Shown piece by piece: positions 38,542 through 51,135 of a stretch of 64,000 bases of DNA. Below the pieces are notes generated by a model, which saw only the letters and a program-made list of their open reading frames with translations, was not told where the DNA came from and did not search any database. Numbering within the stretch: the first letter of the stretch is position 1; each line of letters begins with the position of its first letter. Source of the stretch: Vermamoeba vermiformis (lineage: Eukaryota); assembly GCA_045837725.1 (NCBI GenBank), contig JBEWZL010000215.1, positions 62,001 through 126,000 on the forward strand, given 5' to 3'. The position numbers and the translations under genes were made by a program.

Positions 38542-41500
38542 TTACATGAAATCATCGAGCAAATTGACCACGCGCGGTGGCACTAATTCGCTGTTGTTGT
38601 TAGGCGCATTGTCCGCACTGACCGCGAGACTTGTGGATGTCGCAGTGTGTGTCACGGCCATGGGTGCACTGCTCTCACGCACGGCACTCGTTGTGTGGCT
38701 GTCAGTGTGCTCAACCGATGCAGAAGCGTGGTCGTGATTAAGAGTGTTAGTGTTGTTGCTGGTGTCAGAGTTGAGTTGCCGAATGAACTCGACAATGTAG
38801 CTCGGGGCCTTCAAGCTCTCGATGGCACTGAACAGCTCGCTCACCACCACGTGCTCGCCAATCTCGCGCAGTGTGTGCATCACCTCTTCGAACTCACCCT
38901 GCTTCAACACCTTCTTGTTCAGCTGCAGCAGGGCCAGGGCCGCGCGGAACAAGAACACCTCGCCCTCGATCAGATAGCAGTCCCACAGTCGCGAGGCAGC
39001 ATCGAAGGGCAGACTGCGCGAGAAGAGTGTCATGAACCAGTCCAGCAGATAGCTCTCCGCACTCACATTCAGCGCTGCAAAGTGACTGTGCACCTCGCGC
39101 AGTGTGCGCTCGAACAGCAGATCGTAAATCTTCAAGTGCTTCAAGATCTGCGCGGCGATGAGTGACATTGCCTAATTTGGACATGTGTCGCACGTACCTC
39201 ATTGACATTCATGGAGAACAGGGCCGTGAAGTAGTGGCTGTTCAGAAGATTTGCAAAGCTTACAAAGGCCTCGTAGGGCTCCATGTAGATGAGCAACATG
39301 CCTGCCAAGTACGACATGCCCTGAACCTGCAAATGACACGTGTCAATGGGTGGACTGCATCAATCATCTAGCACGTGACTTACATAGCCTAATTCGGGGT
39401 TGTATAGCGCATACAATTGCAACAATTCGTTCAGCTGCGCGTAGAACGGACCTTCTTCCTTAAATAGACTCGTCGCTGGGAATGTCCTGCTTACCATATT
39501 AGGCAATTCATTGGTGGTTCATGAATGCTACGTACCGTGGTACATCGATCTCGATCAACTTGGACGGAGATTGTCCGAGCCCTGGTGAATTGTTGAGGTG
39601 TTTGCGGTTATTTATGTCGATCAATCGGAGATATTCCGCGCGAGATAGTTGCAAAGTATTGCCGATTGCTGTCGCCCAGACCTGTCCGCGCACCGTCGGG
39701 GGTATACCGGCACGCCACATCAGCTTGGTGCTGCGCTGTCGTTTCCTTTTATGGCAATGGTTAGTAAAGCCCACACCGACATGCCACGCACATACTTCTT
39801 TTCCCAATTAGGCAATATCTGTTCGAGCCAGACACGTGACGTGTGGTCCAGCTGCGATTCAATGCGTGCCACACGGTCCACTTCGCGCGAGTGCTGCCGT
39901 TCCAGCCGTTGCGTGCGGTTGTTGTCCACGGTGCGCTGCCGCTTTTTTTGGTCGAAGAAGATGTTGGCTAAAAATAGCCCACTGCCAGACATTAGTGCAC
40001 TTGCCAAATATAGACACGGAGTAACATACACGGACTGCAGGGCCGAGGGTTGCTTTTTGAGTGGTGTGCCGTGCACTGAGCTGTTGACCTTTTTTTGACC
40101 GCACTGGCGTCGTGGGTAGCGAACTGTGACGCGTTTGTCCTAATAAGGAAGGTGTGTCGGAGGTCTCCGATTGCCAGTCATTGGATTCGTGTCCCACGCT
40201 GGCACTGTCCTCTTCGCCGCTGCTGTCAAATGCTGTCTCATCGAGATCGATCTTCTCTTTCAGCGACTCCAATTGCTGTGACTAAATTTAGTATGTGCCA
40301 GCACGTGACAGCACAGCACGTACCCGATCAAATGCCGTGAGATGTACGGGCTTGTAACTGCTGATCGAGGTGATGTAGCCCTGCATCGCGTCGTCCCACG
40401 CGTCTGAAGATTCCGCTGAAATTTCATCGTCATCGGAGACATCCTCCGTGCCTGTCAACACATCGTCACTCATGAATTTGTTGAAATCTTCCAAATATGG
40501 TGCGACTCCTTCATTCTCCAAGTCTGTTTTTGGCAGTGACTCATTGACACCTGTCACCTCTCTGACACGTGTCGTGACACATGTCTGCCACCAGCCACAC
40601 GCGACAGTCTCCACGTGCAGGTCAGCGAGAGCAGTGACAGGTGCTGGCAAAAGAATTCGCTGCTTGTCACTGACACTTGACACGTCACCGAGTCCGAGCT
40701 GGCCGTAGTCTGACAGCCCCCACGTGTACAGCTCCCCTCGTGCTGTCACGCACGCGCTGTGAAATCCACCGCACGCCATGTGTGTCACGTGCTGACCAAC
40801 CAGGGCTGCAACGAGGCGCGGCTGCAGTTCACTGATTGGCTCGCCGTGGCCCAACTGTCCGTGCTCGCCCCAGCCCCACGTGTACCTGTCACGTGATCAG
40901 CACTGACACGTGTCACTCGAGGGAGATACTTACACATTGCCAAATTCGTCAATGGCACTGGAGTGGTAGTAGCCTGCGGAAATACTTTGCACGGGAATTC
41001 TTTCTTGCGCAAAGTACGGTATCTAAATTAGGAAATGTGAGTGCGGTGCTCGCAAGACCAATCGAGCATACCAAATGCGGAGTGCTGCGATCGAGTTCAT
41101 CGCCGAGTCCGAGCTTGCCATCGCTGCCATTGCCCCACGCGTACACCTCGCCCGCACTGGTGAGACACATGGAGTGATTCCAGCCACACGTCACGTGCGT
41201 CACTGTCACGTGCTGCAGTGCACTGATCAGCACTGGACGGAACTGATTGCCCGATTTGGACTTGTTCGGAGATTTGTTCGGAGATTTGCGCGGTGAGAGT
41301 GGCTGCACAGCGGAGTTGACAGGTGTCAAAGTGTCATCCGTGTCATCGAGGCCCAAGCGACCATTGGCATCGCGACCCCAACTGAACACTTTGCCATCTT
41401 TGGTCAGTGCCAGCACGTGCCCGCCACCGCTAACAACCTGAATCACGTGATGTCCGTGGAGTGCAGTGACTAATTTGGGTGAGAACTGAAATTTCAGTTT

Positions 41501-42151
41501 GCTGTCGCCGAGTCCGAGCTGGCCGTCGTGATTGCCCCCGAAAGAATACACGGCACCGTCCTCTGCGCGGAGTCAGTCAGCGACTCGAGTGCAGTGCTGG
41601 TACGTACCGCGCAGCAGCAGACTGTGGTCACTACCTGCAGCAGCGAGCACGAATCGACGCGCGTGCAGTGCTTTGATGAGCACGCACTGTTTGAGCAGAT
41701 GTGGCTCGTCGCGGTCACTCGCTTCACCTGTGCCCAGCTAAGGGGGCGTGAGACATGTGTGCTCGTGGTATAATTACGTACCTGTCCTGACCAATTCCAT
41801 CCCCAGCTGTACACATCACCAGAACCTGAAGCAAGTATTGGCGATCAGATCGGGCATTGAATTAATTAGATGCACAAAAGTTAAAATTAAAACTAACACG
41901 ATTATCGATAATTTAAACAGTATTATTATAACAATCAATACTCCAATCGATGCCGTACTTGTGACAGCCAAAGAGTGACGGCCCCCACACGCTATTTGCG
42001 CGAGTAGTTTGTTGTTGAAGGCAGCAATCACCGTGGGCAAATTGTGATCGAATGCGTCTTTGAGACCGAGCTGGCCATCACTGCCGCGACCCCAGATGAA
42101 CGTCTGGTACTTGGGTGTTTTGCGCTTCACTCTGGCGGTGTTGTCAGCCAT
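38542..42151 (-). CDS. RCC1-repeat + TBC Rab-GAP protein; multi-exon, needs a 1-nt frameshift at ~39943-40096
   Basis: RCC1 repeats (WGRGSDGQLGL, ACGGRHSLA, WGNGSDGKLGLG). TBC fingers IEIDVPR|TF and GY|VQGMSYLAGMLL, and LDWFMTLFSRSLPFDAASRLWD. Confidence 0.88.
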
Positions 42152-42417
42152 GAGAGATACTTAATGAAGCAAGTGTGTAATACATAAACAGCAACAGTGG
42201 TGGTGCATTATAAATACAAAGGAATAATGAAGATTTTGGGCGAAAGAGTGTAAAAATAGCTCCTTTCAAAAATAATCATCAAATTGCGCCACGTGCAATC
42301 AAATGTACCTCGCAAAAACGACCTTTATTTGACATCGACTAGTACTTGAGTCATGCTGTACTACAAGCTTTTTTAATTTGTGTTTTTTTTATTATTATAT
42401 TATAAGCCAAGCGGATC

Positions 42418-43504
42418 TTATTTAGCAGCGGTTTGTTGGCTCTTGACGCGGAGTTCACGTTCCTCAAGAATAGAAAGACGAACACCCTTGCGCTTGGGAA
42501 CAGTGACGAGGGCCTTGGTGCCTTCACCCAACAAGAAAATGTTTGACATCAAAGTGGAAAATTGGTGACCAGCAGCGTCCTTCAAGTGAATGTAATCTTG
42601 AGCACCGTCGTGCACGTCACGCGAAGTGATGACACCAATGCGACCCAAGTTGTGACCACCAGTGACCATAGCCAAGTGACCAATTTCGAAGGGGACGTGG
42701 GCAACAATCTTGCCAGTGGCGAGATCAACCTTGACGGTATCGTTGGCCTTGATGTTGGGGTGAGGGTATCTGATGGTGCGACCGTCGTGAGTGGTGAGGT
42801 GAGGGACGGCCTTGGGACCAACGTAAACAGACTTGACGCGGCAGAGCTTGAACTGCAGAGGATCACGATCGGTTAATTCAATAATTCCTATTTTCATCAA
42901 TAAGCATTATTAATACTTACGCCAGCTTCATTGGCGTCGATTCTGTGGAGAATGAAACGACCCTTAGTATCGTACAAGAGTCTGAAGTTTTCCTTGGTCT
43001 TCTCGATGCTAACAACATCTGCACAATTTGTGGGTTAACTTCTGTGATAATTTTATAATGCGCCATATTTATCTTACCCATGAAACCAGCAGGATAGTTG
43101 GGATCGCTTCGAACTCTGCCATCGACCTTGACCAATTTTTGCATCAAAATATAAGTGACCTCGCGCTTAGTAAGAGCATACTTCAATCTGTTTCTCAATA
43201 AAATGATGAGAGGAATGCACTCTCTAAGCTTGTGGGGACCAGCGCTGGGTCTGGGAGCCTAAATAATAATTATAATAATTAATTATTATTCCCTACAAAA
43301 TATTCATTCGAAGCGTTATTGTGCAATCGTACGTTAATGTTAAACAAATAAATTATTATACTTACAAAAACTCCGGAGAGTTTGTCAAGCATCCAGTGCT
43401 TGGGAGCATTCAATCTCTTCAAGTGCTTCTTTGGGCCGCGAGGCTAAAATAACGATATTAAATACTGGTTACTCGAATTATTGATGTATAATTGGTAATA
43501 CCAT
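42418..43504 (-). CDS. RPS4: 40S ribosomal protein S4 (eS4); first coding exon is the ATG only
   Basis: [55 protein letters not shown]. Confidence 0.97.
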
Positions 43505-43916
43505 TTTGATCCGCTTATGTCGATATAAAAGAAGGTCGAACAGAAATGAAAGGAAGCAGGACGAAGAGGAAAACAAAAAACAAAATCAATCTGACCAATC
43601 AGAAAACAGCAAAATAAAGTTGATAAAAAATGAAATCTCGTTGTCGATATTTTTCCATCACGCCCGAGTCGTTACATCAAGATTGTGTCGACATACACAA
43701 GTGGTTTATCATATAATTATGCATAATTGTGATGTATCATTTGTTTAAGTTTGATCTGTGATCGAGATCTGACTAAGTTTAAATTGTTCGCGAATTGAGC
43801 CGAAGCGTTGTTTGCAAACTAGTGCAATTTTATGAAGACAATTATATTACAGGGGTAAATTACGTTACACTTGAAATTACAACACGCCGATCGATCGATC
43901 GACATAAATACAACTC

Positions 43917-46810
43917 TTAATATCCGAGGGCTTGTTTCGCAGCTTCTTTCGCTTTACGTGCTTGAATGATTGTGGGGACAATCTCTCTTGGCGCGCAGCT
44001 TCGTTTCAGGAACGGATGCTACAACAATGATTAATAACTAAATTAGGTCATAATCGCGTGGCTAGAACCTACTTGTAAGAGATCATCAGCAGTCGGTCGT
44101 GAAGCAACATCTTTCTGCAAGCACATAGTCAAAAAGTCCTTAAACTCCTCGCTCCAAGCCTCGGGGTGCTTCAAGCCAGGGATGCCCTTGGTGGTGATCA
44201 AGAACAGTGCGCGCAGAGGGGGGAATTCCATGTATGGAGGTTCACCTTCGGCCATCTCCATGACCATGATGCCCAACGACCACATGTCTACCTTCTGATC
44301 GTAGTGTTGACCGCGGATCAGTTCCGGTGCCATCCAGTACGGTGTACCGACAATCGTGGTGCGCTTAGACTTCTCTTGCGTGAGTTGTGCGGCATAACCA
44401 AAGTCAGCAATCTTGACGCTGCCATCAGCTCCGAGCAGTATGTTGTCGCTCTTAATGTCGCGGTGAATGCGGTGCATCGAGTGGATGTAGCGCAGACCAC
44501 GCAGCGTTTCGAGACACACATTCGCGATCTGACCTTCGTTCATGCGCACACCATTCTCGAACTGTTCGAGCACTTCAGTCAGACATCCACCACCCATGTA
44601 CTCCATCACCACCCACAAGCGACCCTCCACAATGTAGCTGTCAATGTACTCCACGATGTTCGGGTGCTTGCTCGTCTTCATGATGCGGATCTCAGTGCAC
44701 AGCAGCTTGATGTTCTGCGCATTGAGCGGCATCTTCTTGATGGCTACATCGCGACCTGTGGTTGCTTCTTGTGCCAAGAACACTTCACCCGCAGCACCCT
44801 CACCGATCTTGATCTGATTCAAGTACATCTGGTTCGGATCCACACTGCGATTGACCAGATCATCGAGATTGGCGGGCTGTTCTTCAGGCAGCGGCGCTTC
44901 TTCCTCAGCCATCACCGCCTCCACACCAGCTGCACCACCACCAGCGAACCACTCGTCCATCGCTTGCGCCTCTTGTTCCTCGTTGTGCATCGGACTCGGG
45001 GCCAGCGCACTCGGGGACTCGGGTGTCTTGGGCTTCACGCTCGGGGGCTGTTGCACGGTCGGTACGGGCATGGGCTTGGGCGGGCGCGGGGGCTGGGGCT
45101 GCATGGCAATGGGCTCCTTGGGCTTGACGGGCAAGGGCGGTGGTCGCGGTGCCCCGGTCTGTGCCTGGCCTGGCTGCTTGGGCTGGCTGGGCTGTGTGTT
45201 GTTGTGGCCAGACATGCTCAGGGGCGGCACGGCGGTGTTCTGTGGCTTGACGGGCAAGGGAGCGGACGCAGGGCCCGCAGAGCTCTGCATGCGCTTGCTC
45301 TGGAACTCGAGCACATCGAGCACGGCGTCTTTGTTCTTGACAATGTCGTTCTTGTCAATGCCTGCTGACTTGAGCATGGCCTCCCACTCGGGGGGCAAGT
45401 TGGCGAGACCAGTGGCTGACGTGAAGTCAATGTGCACTTGATGCTTGACGGCGTAGGGCAGTCCAATCTCCATGACACGCTCTTCTTTCTTCTTCTTGTC
45501 CTTCTTCTTCTTGTCTTTCTTGAAGAACGAGAAGAAGCCCTTCTGACTCTTGGGCGAGGACACATCGTCGCTGCTGCTCGTCAGGGCCGCGTTGTTGTTG
45601 CTCGTGGGCGTCACGGGCACTGTTTTCTTGCCACTGCGCGGGGACTCCACCGTGTTCGCATCGCCGTTGCTGACAGTGCTGGCAGTGCTGGGGGGACTGG
45701 GCACGGGCAGGGTGGGCACGCTGTGCTGCGGCGTGGAGGGCGCGCTGATGGAGCCCGAGCCCTGTGGCGGACGCGTGAGTATGTTCTCGAGCTGCAGCTT
45801 GTTGATCGGCACGGTGCTCGGTGAGGCTGGACCTGCATTGTAGGCAGTGGCAGTGGGGTGCGGAGGGGTGGTGGTGGCACGTGGATCGGACCAGGACCGT
45901 TCTGCTTGGGGGCACCATTCCACTTGGGACCAAAACTGTTGCGCTTAGCGATGGGTGGTGGCGACGGCGCTTCATTCGCGTGTCCGTTCTGATGATGCAC
46001 TTGCCCGGGGGCTGCGGGGACTGGAGGGGGTGCGCGGAGCCCTGTATTGCCGCCTGGGGGCACTGAAATGGATAGTTAGTACGTACTAGGTATTGATTTG
46101 ATGTGTAGTAGTGATTGGTCCTCGAAACAAATTCAATTGGGCGGATTGGGCATTCAAATTAAAAAATGGCTAGATTCCACTGTGTCACCGAGTAATATTG
46201 AAATTTTGCTTCGAAATCGATCATTACGTGGTATGAGTGGTTTATAATATCAATTAATGCCTTAAATAAATTTTGTTGCGAGATTGCGTCGGTCAATTCA
46301 AATCCGCGGTTAATCATTGACTTGCGACAGAATTGTGTGAGTATTAATACCCCATCATTACATACCAGGTATTTTAGGTCTATTTTGACTGCCTAGTGAA
46401 GGATTGCGCGGAGGTAGATGTGGAGACGAGTTCGCGGTGTGGAACTTTGGAGGGCCACCAGGGTGTGGCTGAGGATGACCAGGTTGTGTTTGCGGTCCAT
46501 TGGGCAGAGGTCTCTTGCCCATACCTGTTTTGACATTGGACGGCTGTTGAGGAGGTCTTGGCGCTGAATTCGGACCTTGGATGTAATTTTCACGATGTTG
46601 ATAATTAACATCTAATGGAATTGCATTAATAAGGACGTATATTTATATGTACGGGCAATTGATCGCGTTATTATTGCTGAATAAGCAGTATTGATTTGAT
46701 AATTTGAAATCAGTTAGTTGATTCAAACAATCATTCATAATCAATCGCCAGGATTGTAATTATTGTGCTGTGTCATGACAATTAATTAAAATACCTGTGT
46801 TATACGACAT
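43917..46810 (-). CDS. pak: p21-activated (STE20/PAK) kinase with Pro-rich N-terminus and CRIB domain; needs a 1-nt frameshift at ~45865
   Basis: CRIB EIGLPYAVKHQVHI...LPPEW. Kinase IGEGAAGEV, HRDIKSDNILL, ADFGYAAQL, GTPYWMAPE. Confidence 0.9.
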
Positions 46811-47332
46811 GGTGAGAGCTGGTCAATTTATTTTGTAAATTTACTTTGTTTGAATTGAATCTGCTAGAATACTGAGTATAGAATATGATAGAGAGGATTG
46901 AGTGAGATTAGAACATCCCAGATTCAGATGGTGTTAACAGTGCACTAAATAAGCAACCAAACCAAGTGAGGGAAGTGTTCTTTCTTCGTTAATAAAAATA
47001 ATAAACTGACGTTTGACTTGCAACAAATTGCTGCAATTCACAACCAATTCGATGGGACGACTAGGGAGAGAATGGGAGAATGTACCAAAGTAAAACGAAT
47101 GGTTATTTATTAGGGTATTCAAAAAGTGTTTTCGAACTCCGCTGCTTGTACCTCAATGTCTCGTCCCCTCGCTGTGGACTGGATCGTACCGGAGAAACTT
47201 TTCAGTACTGTACAGCCTGCAATGAGGTAATGAGACTCGGGGCACGAATCACCAGAGCTCTAGTTATGATACAATTAGTTATTATTTGACACATCCAGCC
47301 CACGGCAGTCGTGTCTCTAGCAGTTGATTGCC

Positions 47333-50300
47333 TTAATTGGACTGTTCGGTGGTGCTGGTGTTCTCCGTGCCACTCTCCGTGTGTTCCGACAGCTCAGTCT
47401 TCTCGCCGCTCTTGCTGCCAGGCTGTGCAGAGCTGCGCTTCTTCTTCTTCTCTTTGCTCTTCTCTTTCGCACCACCGGGCTGTTGTTCGGACTCGCGCTG
47501 CTTCAGTCGCTTGCTCAACATCTGCGCGAGGAAGTGGTAGAATCGACCACCCATGCTGGGGTACTTCTCAAACAGCACGTTCAAGAAGTAGCCTTCGATC
47601 ACAAACACCTGCGTGTCATTCTCGTCGGCAATCACTGACGCGGAGGCTGCACCGCCCTCCAAGAATGAAATTTCACCGAACACTGCACCGTCATCGGGCA
47701 CCATGCGACCCAGCACCATGCGCTGACCACTGTCATCCATCTTCTCAATGCGACAGCTGCCGCGCGACAGTTGGAAGATGCGCTGGAACTGATCGCCCTG
47801 GTTGATCACCGCGTCGTCCTTCTGATAGGTCACGCACTTGGCACCCTTGAGAATCAGCGCGCGATCTTCTTCGGTCAACATGAATCTATTTTTAGCTTGC
47901 TTGGCCTCGTCGTTCACCGCAGAGACTGACAAGTTGCGACGTGACTCTTTGCTGGGGGCAATCTGCGGGGCCTCTTCCTTGGTGCGCTGCTTGAGCTGTT
48001 CGTAAATGTTGATGAGGAAGTCGTACACCTCATCGAGCGAGTTCTCGAAGGAGCGGAAGATGTACTGCTTCTCGTAGCTGATTTCAATCTGCTTCTCTTC
48101 TTTCTTGATCGATTTGATCTTCGAGAACGGGAACACTTCCTAATTAGGCATAACGCGTGGTGAGCAGTGAGCGAGGACGAGTACTCTGTATAAGACCTAC
48201 CTTAGTCTTGAGACCAATCACCGAGGAGTAGAAGCAGATGTAGTTGGGTGACACGTAGAGCGTGCCGACCTTCGAGGGCTTCATCTCGCATCTAAAGTCC
48301 TTGAGCACAATCTCCGTGGCGGGCAGTTTGAACAGCTTGATGAACTTCTCGTCTTCTTTCTTCACCTCTTGCTCCAGCGTGGCGACTGACACTGAGGCCT
48401 TGAGCGTGGCAGACGAGGGACTGGAGGTCAACAATCGCTTCACCTGCGTCTCTTGTGGATTGGGCTTGGCGTCGTTGCTCTTTGGCTTGGAGCCCAAGTT
48501 CTTCAATCGGCGCGCCAACTTGACTGCCAAGATGCGGTGCAGCTTCTCAGAGAGGGCTGGCTCAGACTCGCACAGCTTGAGCACGAACTCGACTTCCAAC
48601 TCCCACAGCTCTACTTCTGTGTCTGCAACGATGGCGGCAGTGGTGGTGCCTTGTTGTTGACGCAGCAGCATGGAGACCTCGCCGAACATAGCGTCCTGGC
48701 CCATCTTGTCCACGGAGATGCGCTCGCCGTTGATCTCTTTGTCGACGCGCACAGTGCCGGACTTGATGCGATAGAGATGGCGATTGGTCATGCCAATGTC
48801 GAGAATGATCGAGCCAGGGGTGTACTTCTTCAACACGGCACCCGTGAGCAAGATCTGCCACTCGCGATCTGACAACTCGTTCATCTGCGCACTGACAGCA
48901 CCGAGGTACATCGACTTCAAGTTGATGTTGCCACCTGCACCGCCCTTCTTCTCTTTGCCGACCTTGCCGCTCTGTTGCATGGCATTCTGTTGCAGCGCTT
49001 GGTCCTTGTTCTCGCGCAGTTGACTGATGCGGAACATCTCCTTGTCGTCGTCCCAGTACTCGGCCTGCGTGATGAACTCTTGAATCGACTCCACGGCCTT
49101 CAGCGGGTACTTGGCCGTGAATCGCTTCATGTCGCGGATCTTGTTGGCGAATGTCTTCCACTTGTCCCAGTTGACGAATTCAGGCAAGTCCTCGAGCATG
49201 TCGGGCAAGCAGTCGTCGAGGTAGATGCAGTCAGAGAGGAACATGGCCAAGAAGGGAATGGTCGGCGTGTTCGAATCAATGCTCGCCAACATCTCGCGGT
49301 AGGTCTTGAAGTTCTTCTGCGAGCTCATCATGGTGGTCAGCTCTTCAAAGATGTCCTTCAACTTGCTCGGCACCAGATCCCACGTCTGTTGCAAGCGACT
49401 CACTGAACTCGAGTGCAAGCTCGACAATATTTCCATCACTCCGTTGAAGTTCTGCAATTGCGACAATTGTTTCGCGCACTTGATGAAGTTCTGAATGAGC
49501 TCAGCGCGCGACTCGGCGTCAGGTAATTTGAGGATCTCGGTGGTGATCCAGTTGATGATGCGATTGCTGTGTTGAGAGAAGCGCGACAGATTGGGGGCAC
49601 GCGTCTCGTGATCTTTCTTCGCCCACGCTTGTTTCAAGAACTCTTTGGGTCTGATCTGCGAGTAGAGGCGCTCGTCCATCAAAGTCAATTGGCGCGCAAG
49701 TTCGATCGGATCTAGTTCGAGCAGCGTGAACTCCTTCTTCTTGGGCAATATAGGTGCAGGTATTTCAACGTCCTTGCGCTTCTCGGGCTTCTTCTTCTCG
49801 CCCTTCTCTTTGAGTGTCTTCTTCAAGTGCTTCTTGAGCTCCTTGCTGTGTTCCTTGCTGAAGGTGTCGACCACCTCGTCGAACTTCTTGGCGAGGGCCT
49901 CGTCGAGCTCAAAGTCAATGCCTTGCTCGGCGTCAATCCACGCCTTCAACACATTCACTGTGGTCTGGGCCTCTTGCGGTCCCTCGTCATCATCATCGTC
50001 CTCGCCATCGCTGTCAGGCTCAGCCTTGGCCACAAATGTGTAGCGTGCCTTGAGTACTTCCAAGAACTGCGCGGGGGTGCTGAAGCCGTAGAATGTCATC
50101 AAGAAGTCTGCCAAGTAGTCGTCTCCTTCTGACCAGATCACGCGCAGCGTAGCGTCTTCAGGCAGTGTGGTAAATGCGATCATCTTCTCTGCGGGTCCTC
50201 CTTTAAGGAGCACTTCATTGTTCTTGTCCTGACGTCTTTGAAACATTTTGCTGTCTTCGCGGATGTACTTTTTGACGGAATCGTCTCCTTCTTTGTAAAC

Positions 50301-50723
50301 AGGTTTGAGCCATTTCATTCTGTTAGATTCGAGCCAAAACATCAATTGTTGCATTGACCATTGTTGAACGTTGGCCTTGGCTAATTGTGTTCCAAAAATA
50401 AGCAAGATTAATACGGAGATAAAAAAATAATTGTATAATTCACACTTCAATTTTAACTTACCTCGCTTAGCAGCGGCTATGTTGCCATCTACAGGTTCAT
50501 TGCCTGCATTTTTAAGGTCTGCTTTGCTGGCTTTGCGAACAAGCTGCGAAGAAGGATTAGATTCCACCGAGCACTTTTTAAGTGATATAAGAAATGAAAT
50601 TATGCTCCAATAAACATCGAAAACATAATTTCGATCTTGAAATGAATTTGTGACCAGCGAAAATTGGCAAGTAACTGTTAAAATTTAAATCTGGATTTTA
50701 TAACGTACATCTCTTCTTGACAT
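47333..50723 (-). CDS. gbpD: RasGEF (REM + CDC25) - cNMP-binding - GRAM - cNMP-binding protein, Dictyostelium GbpD/GefU-like; multi-exon
   Basis: ELDPIELARQLTL, NFNGVMEILSSL, TIPFLAMFLSD. Two cNMP-type domains (FGEVSML, FGEISFL) flank GRAM (FKLPATEIVLKDFRC...GTLYVSPNYICFYS). Confidence 0.85.
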
Positions 50724-51135
50724 TGGAGTTGTCTATTGCAGTGATGTATTCCCTTATAATGGAACGATTAATTCGTTGAATGAGGTATGAAGGTGTTATT
50801 GTAGTTGTTTTTTACTTTTCTACTGTTCGTACGTCTGATGCAAGGACAAGCTGCAGCGAACAAACCAAATAAACAAATACAATAGAACTACCTTGTAATA
50901 ATAGACAATACAATTTGTAAAAGAAATTTAGAGTCTGCGGTGGTGAAAAAAACGGCACGGAGTCTCGCCTGCGTGCACGTGATATCACTTGGCAGCCCAG
51001 GTGAGAGTTGCGCTACACGAGGAGACGCTTTTTGGAACGGTGTTAGCACGCATTTTATTTGAATCTCAGCACTGAATAGGTGATAGTGGCGATATTTTAC
51101 CTTTTCAAGCAAGGACTTGCCGTTTTTAGACAAAG

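Noticed and set aside
41700-41785. Apparent frame break in an RCC1 exon
   Set aside because: Resolved by the upstream acceptor cccttag|CTG GGC ACA, giving GQLGTGE in frame.
43889-43902. (GATC)n run in the PAK 3' region
   Set aside because: Short microsatellite of no evident significance.
44166-45441. 400-aa and 196-aa plus-strand ORFs over PAK (similar cases over the GEF, OSBP, ATG3 and paxillin genes)
   Set aside because: Expected from C/G-ending codon bias, which removes antisense stops; no recognisable motifs.
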